Assembly: GCA_951406725.2 (NCBI GenBank)
Contig: OX597823.1
Location: 64,666,001 to 64,730,000, forward strand
Source: Octopus vulgaris
Lineage: Eukaryota
Length of the DNA: 64,000 bases
Direction: 5' to 3'
Shown here: piece by piece, positions 54,312 to 64,000 of the stretch
Layout: the number at the start of each line of letters is the position of its first letter
Position numbering within the stretch: the first letter of the stretch is position 1
Position numbers and translations under genes: made by a program
Notes under the pieces: generated by a model
What the model saw: only the letters and a program-made list of their open reading frames with translations
Databases searched by the model: none
Told to the model about the DNA's origin: nothing

Positions 54312-55717
54312 CAGTCATGTCATGGCCAGAATGGATGGCTCGCTACATGATTTAACTTTATAAGTAAGAGATAAGTGTATCTCTGACGAAAATACTATTT
54401 AATTAGTAAGAAATTAAGATCTTTCCAAAATTTTAATTTAATATTATGAGAAATGAACATCAAAAGGTCCTTACAGAATGAGTATTTTGTATGTGGTCCT
54501 TTGCTGTGAATCATGGTGTCAATTTTCTTGGGCATTGATAAGCACAAATTTTTCACACAAGTCAGGAGTTATCTCAATAGTCCAGACTTCTTTGATGTCA
54601 TTTTGCAACTCTGATAATGATGTTGGATTATGAGTGGCTACTTTCTGTTTCAGCAATAACCCAACAATGCTCTATTAGGTTGAGATCCGGGAGTTTCCTG
54701 GCCATGGACCCAAGATCTCATACTCAGAATTGTTTAGCTACAGCTTTACAGCTCTTGTCTGGTAGCATGGCACCCCATCATACTGGAAGTGCATACACTG
54801 CTTGATCTCATTAATGGTGGGACTTTTGCTTGTAGAATTTCAAGGTAATTAGTTCCCTTGATAGTTGCACCTTCATGTATAAACCACAGTTCGTGTCTTC
54901 CACCAGTACAAATAGCTCCCCACACCATAACTTTTGGAGCATTTTTAACACTTGGGATAATGTAGTGAAGATTATCCCTTTGCTCGGGAGGATGTCTCAC
55001 ATGTCTGTAAAATGCATGAAATTGTGACACCAGCGTTTCATCTGTTTCCATTGTTCAACTGACCAATTTTTATACTTTTGGCAAAATGCCAAACGATCAG
55101 CAATGTTTTCTGAGGTTAACCTTGGTTTATTTGAAGGTTTGTACGACTTAAAGCCAGCATCAAATTATCTTCTACGAATTGTCCTTTGGCTAGGAACGTC
55201 ATCTTCTTGTGGTAGACCAGCTTGAATGGTTTGGAAGACTTTCTGGGTGCCTTTTTGGTGGCTAGAATAATGGCATCATCACTTTGTTTGGTGGCGGTTT
55301 TGAGGTGACCCATAGGCTTGTCAAATCCATATTTTCCAGTAGATTTTGAGTTGCTTATTAACTTTGAAAAAGTTCTCTGTGCCAATTTTAATCTTTCAAC
55401 AATTTGTTGAGTGCTGTACAGAATTTTTTTATTTAAGTATGAATTTCCAGTGAAATTTTTCAACCAGGCATTCTTTACAATGGCAAGAAAATGATTAACA
55501 AGAATGAGTTGTCATTAGATATTTTATTGACAGCTTATCAGAGATTGGATCAGTCAGTCAGAGCACATCAACCAATCGGGGCTCAGTAATCAAGCAGAAA
55601 ACACGTTAACACTGAGTGATAAGAAAACATATTTGAATGATTAGTTAGTAATTAAAAATAGCATCATTGGGATGAATTCTTGTTTATAAATCAGTGAGTC
55701 ATCCATTCTGGCCATGA

Positions 55718-55720
<3 letters not shown>
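54312..55720 (-). mobile_element. Full-length but frameshifted Tc1-like transposon
   Basis: TIRs (CAGT)CATGGCCAGAATGGATG at both ends, TA-flanked; transposase pieces TDET, KVMVWGAI, QHDGVPCYQ, WPGNS. Confidence 0.9.
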
Positions 55721-55769
<49 letters not shown>

Positions 55770-55783
55770 GTATCTATGTATAT

Positions 55784-56350
55784 ATCTATTATATAAAATC
55801 CATTCTGTGTCTGTGTGTATGTCTTCTAGGATCTCAGGCATCCTCCATCTGATTGTGCTCAAATTTGATATGTAGATACCGACGGTATCAGGATGTGTAT
55901 AAGTCTTGAAAAAATTACAAAAATCGATTCCAGGTGAGAATGCGATCGATAAAGCCGTGGGAACGTGCATTTGTGCATGCAAGTACATCAGCTGTTGAGA
56001 TTGATACTACACGTACGCGAGAAAAATGCACTTGCAGTTTGCACAAAAAAAGCCAGCAGCCTTGAAATAATAAAATTAGTTACTTAGTTCCCTAGGTTGT
56101 TGCTTTTCATCAAAAACGCACCCTGAGTTGATTTCCTACATGTTTTATCAGATAAACTTATTATTATCCCAGGTACGTTCTCATAAATTCATCATGCTTT
56201 TCTATCTAGATTTACCTCCCGCTAACCCATTTGCATGCATCGTTTTTGTCCTGTTTTTCTTCCGTCAACCTGTACATAACTGCACCTTCCATTTTTTGTT
56301 GTTTTTGTACTGCTTAAAGGCACATTGTTTTCCTGCCAAGCCTACTATTT
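55784..56350 (+). mobile_element. Probable Helitron 5' portion
   Basis: A|TCTATTATATAAAATCC start followed by TGTGTCTGTGTG, like other Helitron 5' ends in the window; 3' end not identified. Confidence 0.4.
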
Positions 56351-57336
56351 AAACCATGTTTGTGTTCTCCCAGTCAACAACCTTACCAGTCAACAACCTT
56401 TAAACTCTTTGGTTGCATTGTTTTTCTTTGGAATAGAAAAAAAGTCTATCTTTATTTCTTCTTTTGCTGGTGTCTCAAATTTAGGTTAAATCCGTGTTTC
56501 TCAAAGGGGAGGCCTATGGGACGGTCGGACAAGTTGTTTTGAGAAATTTGGTTTAAATGTTTGACAACTCAGCACCATTCATTGGATGGTGGTGGTGGTG
56601 GGGGGGGCGTTTTGCTCGTTTATTTATATGTATACATCTTTGTGAATGAGTCCCCTACTGCCACTTGGCAATTGGTGCATTGGTTTGTTTATGTCTCCAT
56701 AACTTAGTGGTTTGGCAACAAAAAGCTGGTAGAATAAATACTAGGGTTAGGGAAAAACTAAGCACTGGGGGTTGATTTTTATGAGTAAAACTTTCAGGGC
56801 ACTTCCCCTACACACACGCACTCGCACATGCAGCCTCATTTGTACAGTTTCCATCAACAAAATATATCGACAAAGCCCCCCCCACCACCACCAAAAAAAA
56901 ATTTAAATAAAAGTAAAAATAAAATAAACGATTGTTTCATTACCATACAGAATTGCAGACATGTTTGTCTATCAAGAATATGGTAATAATTTCGTAATAG
57001 CGATATGTACGACCGCACAGATGTGGAAATAAATTTGGTCAGTTTCATCGAGAATTGTATTATTGCTTGCTGCTGTGCTTCTTGAAGAGTAGAAAATCAC
57101 ATGTTCTTTTGAATGCAAAAATATGTATATTATGTGATTTAGATATTTAGATGCCAAAAAATGAGAGGAGTTCAAGAAAGAAGGACAATGAACAAAGAGG
57201 AAAAACTGTATGTGTGTGTGTGCATGTGTGTGTGTGTGTGTGTGTCTATGTTTTTATGTATATATTTATATATATTTATGAGCATGAATCTATCATTCTA
57301 TCTATCTATCTATCTATCTCTCTATCGACATATATA

Positions 57337-57372
<36 letters not shown>

Positions 57373-57405
57373 TGTATGTATATATATATATATGTATATG
57401 TATAT

Positions 57406-57450
<45 letters not shown>

Positions 57451-58180
57451 AGTATATATATATATATATATGTACATATATATATATGTATGTATATATA
57501 CATATATATTTTTTTAAAAAATACATGCACACACACAACACAAATAAACTCATATATTCTTTAGCAAGAAATAGAGATACTTAAGCATGTATAGAACACA
57601 CACGTTACCACACTCTTACACATATATATATCTATATACATGCAAACATACACAGATATAGATATATATATATGAAAATACAAAAGATGAACAGCAGCGA
57701 ATCTGTATGACCATATACACAATGGCACTGCCATAATTTTGTCACAGTCAAATGTCAGTTAAAATTTTGCAGTGCCTCTCTCAGAATTTTCGCTTTGAAG
57801 TAGAAGCTGAAAGAAAAGTGTTTCCTGTTTGCAGATGGATATTTCTTCTTGGAGTTTTTCTGTTGATGGCTTTCGTGTGAATCAAAAGTATTCTCGTTGA
57901 GTTTTAAGATAGTGATTATAGCCCTCTCACGTTATATGGTGAACACCTACTTTCTATAGAAACATACCTGCCACTGCTCCCCAACCTAGGAATGTTGAAA
58001 TTACCTATTGATTCATCAGCCATGAAGTTATATATATATATATATATATATATATCTGTATGTATGTATGTATGTATATACACATATATGCATATATACA
58101 TTGAATATTATACATTCATACATATATACGCATATGTATACATATATATATTTATATATTCATACCAATATGTGTTTATG

Positions 58181-58235
<55 letters not shown>

Positions 58236-59044
58236 TTCATAGTTTCAGGTCAGAGCTGCAGCCATACTGATGCACCGCCGTTGTATATATATATATATAC
58301 ATACATATATATATACAGACATATATATATACATACATACATACACTCACATACATACATATATATATATATATTATACATATATATTATACATTGACGT
58401 GCATTATATATATGTATGCATGCATGCGTGTGTGTATTTATACATATTCATGTGTAAATGTATGTATATATCAGTGTGTGTGTGTGTGGATATAGATTTA
58501 CAGAAATGCTCTAGGGTAATTCTTATATGAATATAAAGTCATGAACACACAAAATAACATTTAATTATACATGCACATTCTTTGACTGATACTCAGATAG
58601 GGACATACACACTAACATGCATGCAAGCGTGTATGTTGGTATGTGAGCATACATGTGTGTATGTCCAAATGAAAGTGCGTCTTTCTTTATATGTCTATAC
58701 GTGATTATATTATGATATTTATGTGTATGTCCATACATGCATACATGTGTGTGCCAGTGAGTGTTTTTGTGATTAAGTAGAATGTATGTACGTATAGCTA
58801 CTTTTTTTTTTAATTGTATGCTACATACAGGTTTTAGGTTTGAGGCAAGAATATTCTGGAAGAAAAGACCATGATTATGGAAATACTTATGGTAATACCA
58901 ATAGAATGCTTATATGATGATCAATTTCATATGTCCTTATTGCAAAGCTTGAGGGCAATATATGAAAATATGTGTGTATATGTATTATGTGAGTGTGTGT
59001 ATATATGTATATATACATATACGTTGCAATGTTATTATCAGTTC

Positions 59045-59087
<43 letters not shown>

Positions 59088-59320
59088 TACATATATCTGT
59101 GTGTGTATGTGTGTGTATATTAATGTATGTATATACACTTCTCCTTTTATCTCTGTATTAATATTCACGTGCTCAAACACACACACACATCACACAAGAA
59201 TGCTTGTGTATTTTTGTAGAGTGGCATGCTACATTCCCACCAGATGCAATAATTTGAAATATATTACCTATTTCATACAAAATGCTACAAAATGATTCTC
59301 TACTCAGCTGAACAATCATA

Positions 59321-59404
<84 letters not shown>

Positions 59405-60312
59405 ATATTACATATATATATGTATATCATATATATATAAATATAGATGTATATATATATACATGCATATATAAATATATATATATATATATGTGTGTAT
59501 GTATATGTATATATGTGTATTTGTATGTGCCCTGGAATTTCAGCATAGGAACACCATGACACTCTGTGTCATGCAACACTGTGCTGAAAAAGACCTGTGC
59601 AGTCCATGATAGCATGAAAATGGTTAAAAGTTTATAGTATAAGAATCAATGATACCATGATACTGTAGGAAGGACAATACACCAGAAACTACATTAGAGC
59701 AACAAGTAAAATATTCAAAATTAGTTACAAATAACATATACACTTACTCTGCAATACTTACTGGATATACACCTCGTCTTTGAAGCATAAAGGAAAATAA
59801 TATAAATATAAACTAGACTGTAACAGACAATGCAATCTCCTACATGATCAATTCTTGCATACAATCCTTTTGCACTACAAAAAAATATAACTTAATTATA
59901 CCACTAACCTGCATGCTCAACAGAAGATATGCGTAGCTTTCATGCTGTAGATATCAGAATAAACTCATTTTCAAAGTTGCTATGAGCTGCTACCTGGATA
60001 AACATCCAGTGATGCAGTTGCAATGAAAGTAACAGTGGAGGTATCACCAAATACCAATGTTAATGCCAACAGAACAAAGAAAAAATATAAAAAGGAAGCA
60101 ACAAATAAACACAGTGTAAACAATGATAGTTTACACACAAAATTTAATATGACCCTCATGAAGCATCTTTTGTGACTAGAGATACAATTTGTATAAAATA
60201 ACAATTTGTGAAATATACTGTAAGACATCATTAGCAAAGTTAAGATATATATTCTTTTATTTGTTTCATTTTATTTCATTTGACTGTGGCCACACTGGAG
60301 CACTGCCTTAAA

Positions 60313-60950
60313 GGGTGAAACAGTCATGAGTGAAATGAATTTCATTATAAGCCTGTTCTAATGGGATTGACCTGAGGCTAGATAACAAGATCAACAGCAT
60401 ACTGTGAATGGTACCAAAGGGAAATAGTCTGACGTAGTATATCTTAATAATTCCTGCTAACTTTGGTGCATTGTTATTCTTTTTAAAGATTCTTGATGCT
60501 CAGACACCTAAGGGATTTTTATATTCCTCTGTGAAGCTGAAACAATTCAAAGATATTCTTTTATTCTTTTATTTGCTGCAGTAATCTTGACTGTAGCCAT
60601 GCTGGAGCACTGCTTCAAAGAGTGTTGGTCAAAGAAACCGACCCCAGGACTTATTCTTTGTAGGCCTGGTACTTATTCTATCTGTCTCTTTTGCTGAACC
60701 GCAAAGTTATGGGGACATAAATACACAAACATCTGTTGTCAAGGATGGCTGGGGTCAAACACACACACACACACTTACACATACATACAAATACATGCAT
60801 ATATATACGATGGGCTTCTTCCAGTTTCTGTCTACCAAATCCACTCACAAGGCTTTGTTCAGCCTAAGGCTATAGTAGAAAACACTTGGCCAAGATGCCA
60901 TGCAGTGGGACTGAACCTGAAACCATGTGGTCAGGAAGCATGCCTGCACC
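60313..60950 (+). repeat. Local duplicate of 38576-38705 + 39073-~39650
   Basis: GGGTGAAACAGTCAT.AGTGAAATGAATTTCATTATAAGCC and CTTAATAATTCCTGCTAACTTTGG...GCTGAAACAATT are shared, followed by a minus-strand SINE in both copies. Confidence 0.9.
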
Positions 60951-61415
60951 TATATACAAGGTGACTTAAAAAAGTAACTGATTTTATTTTTTCCCATCAA
61001 AACTAATGTTGTATGGGCAAAATCCTTTGGGTGGGAGGTGGTGCCACCCTTCCTGCTCTTGTGGGAAAACTTTTACAATGGTAGGCTGCATCAGTCCCCC
61101 CTACTGTTATGCCTAAAATACATGTACACATGCATATACACACACAAACACATGCATACACACACAGCTCAAATTCACAGGAAACAAAAAAGATGAAGAC
61201 AGGTGAGCAAATAAGCAAGCATATTAGCTTGACACTCAAGAAGAATGGATATATCTTTTATGTTTCCAGCCTATGCTCTTTGACAGAAAGAGATGAGAAG
61301 AAAAAAGTGTGAGAGAATGAATGAACAAAGAGAGAAATAAAATGCGTAGGAATTAATGGTTTAACACGTATATATATATATATATATATATATAAGAATT
61401 AATGGTTTAACACTG

Positions 61416-61465
<50 letters not shown>

Positions 61466-61666
61466 AGTATATTTGCCACTTAAATGTGACTAACCCTTAA
61501 GGGTTGATGTTACTGTAGCTTGTAGCTCCAGGAGGACACCTCCTTCAGCTGGCAGTTGAAACACTTTCTGTGCCCTATTAGTATTTGCAAAAGGAAACCA
61601 TCCTTCCCTTCTCCAACCTGATATGATACACACAGACCCGAGTTTCTGGTTATTGACCTGTCTATA

Positions 61667-61706
<40 letters not shown>

Positions 61707-62659
61707 CACACACAAATACACACATGCACATATGTACATGTGTGAGTATCTTTGCATCTGTGTTTGACTCCCACCGCTTGACAACTGGTATTGGTATGTT
61801 TACGTCTCCATAATTTAAAAGTTTGGCAAAAGAGATTTATAGAATAAATAGCTGGCTTTATAAAAAAGAATTAAGTGCTAGGGTTGATTCATTCAACTAA
61901 AATTCTCCAAGGTGTTGCTGCAGCATGGCCGCAGTGTAATGACAGAAACAAGTGAAAGATAAAGATAAAAGGATTCTAATGAAATTAAATAATTTTAAAA
62001 TTTTTTTTTTTTTTTTTTAGGAAAATAAATACCAGTCAAATATTGAGATTAATATAATCAATTATAGCCTGTGAAAATAGTGCCCTACAATGGCACCAGT
62101 CCAACGTAGGAAACCAGTAACAGAACAAACAATTAAATGAGGAAACAAGCACAAAATGAATTTTGAAAGAGATCTGTAAAATGCTATTCAAGTAATTTCA
62201 CAATGCAGATCTTTTATATCCATCTTGCCGATTGTTTTTCATTAGTTTGTTTCATATCAACTAAAGTGTCTGTTAATGCAATTTTAATATTGGCATAACA
62301 ACAATAGCAGCAGCAGCAGCACCACCACCACCACAAATACACACACACACACACACATGTGCATGTATACAAATTAGCATACTCCCATACACACACACAC
62401 ACTCACAAATGCATATTTGATTTGATTCTAATATTTGGGGTCAGTAGTCAGGAGTCTTTGTGATTATCGCCGTCGTCACCCCCCTGCCACTATTGCATCT
62501 CACATGCACTCACAGAAGCACAGGGACACACTTGCACACACACACACACATGCATGCACATGTACACACAAACACACATGTACACACACACACATATGCA
62601 CACAACACAAACTCAAAGAAGCCATCTAGATAACTGTTTCTAATACAGTCACTAAACAA

Positions 62660-63440
62660 CATCACCACTCGTCATCATTGACATCATCATCGTTGTCATC
62701 ATCGTCGTCATCATCATCATCATCATTATCCACACCATGACAACGATGATGACGACGACGACCACCACTACCACTACCACCACCTCCCCCCTTCTCCATC
62801 TCTTCTGCATTGTTGTCAATATAATACTTGTCCATATCATTGTTATCATAATTACCGCTGTCCCTGTCACATCATCAATAGTCCTCGCTATTACTATTTC
62901 AAATAACACCTCTACCGAAATACCCACTACCATCACCCCATCACCACTATACCCACCACCACTATCACTATCACCACCATGACCAACACCACCACCATCA
63001 CCACCACCACCACAACCACCATCCTCATCACCACTACCACTACTATCATTATTTCCACCACTACCACCACCACTACCACTACTATCAGCACAACCACCAC
63101 CACTATCACCACTACTATCACCACCACCACCACTATCACCAACACTACCACCACTATTACCACTGCTACCACCACCATTACCACTGCTACTACCACCACT
63201 ACCACCATTGCCAGCACCACCACCACTACCACTACTATCAGCATCACCACTACTACCTTCACTATCACCACCGACACCACCACTACCACCACTATCTCCC
63301 CCAGCACTACCATCATCACTGCTGCCACTGCTGCTGCCGCCACCACCACCACCACCACCACTACCACCACCATCACCATCGTCACTACTTCCGCTACTAC
63401 CAACACCACCACCACCACCGCCACCACCACCATCATCCTT
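62660..63440. repeat. Degenerate trinucleotide (CAC/TAC/CAT)n low-complexity tract
   Basis: Open in several frames on both strands (poly-T, poly-V, poly-G/S, poly-P), as expected for triplet repeats. Confidence 0.9.
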
Positions 63441-63748
63441 TCTCACAATCATTGGATAATTGGCTCACAATCATAACTTCATGAGTTCAATTTCTGGCAA
63501 CACGTGTCCTTGAGCAAGGCATTTTATTACACATTGCTCCAGTCCACTCAGCTGTCAAAAATGATTAGTACTTGTATTTCAGAGGGCCAGCCTTGTCATT
63601 CTGTGTCATGCTGAATCTCCCTGAGAAATATGTTAAGGGTACAAGTGTCTGTGAAGTGCTCAGCTACATGCATGTTAATTTCACAAACAGGCTGTTCCAT
63701 TGATCGAAGCAACTGGAACCATTGTCATCCTAATTGACAGAGTGCCAC

Positions 63749-63798
<50 letters not shown>

Positions 63799-64000
63799 AA
63801 CATACACACACACACACACATCAATACTTGTTGGCCAAAGTTAATGCTTAATAAGGTGACGAGCTGGCAAAATCATTAGCGCCTCAGGTGGTTAGTGTTA
63901 TTTCACCTGTCACTATGTTCTGAGTTCAAATTCCATCGAAGTTGATTTTGCCTTTCATCCTTTTGGGGTTGATTAAATGAGTATCAGTTACATACTGGGG

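Noticed and set aside
58831-58915. Candidate next CFAP65 exon (W-F-E... after TTTTAG)
   Set aside because: In-frame stop after about 12 codons, and it lacks the expected P..G.I.P motif.
61350-61413. 18-bp repeat GAATTAATGGTTTAACAC flanking (TA)n as a TSD
   Set aside because: More simply slippage or an assembly artefact at a microsatellite edge.
62652-63476. Gly/Ser-rich 266-aa or mucin-like Thr-rich protein
   Set aside because: Triplet low-complexity DNA open in multiple frames on both strands; no splice or domain support.

Overview
AT-rich, microsatellite-saturated animal genomic DNA; the repeat families point to an octopus/coleoid cephalopod (inference). Almost all ORF-track entries are microsatellite artefacts. 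The only host gene I can support is CFAP65 (CCDC108), seen as two in-phase + strand coding exons (25064-25202 and 48927-49066) that the ORF track missed, separated by a ~23.7 kb intron. The rest of the window is probably intronic. It holds many tRNA-derived SINEs and fragments of CR1, RTE, R4/Dong-like and Penelope-like retroelements. It also holds Tc1/mariner elements, piggyBac-like MITEs, Helitrons, tandem repeats and local duplications. The most unusual items are: a GC-rich 28S rRNA retro-fragment that appears to end at the hidden break and has an internal jump; hammerhead-ribozyme-like motifs and long fold-back palindromes set in (TA)n tracts; and a TGTTG...CAACA element with a 5-bp TSD nested in a SINE. 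I cannot demonstrate a new biological system. All homology calls are by eye and from memory, not from database searches.
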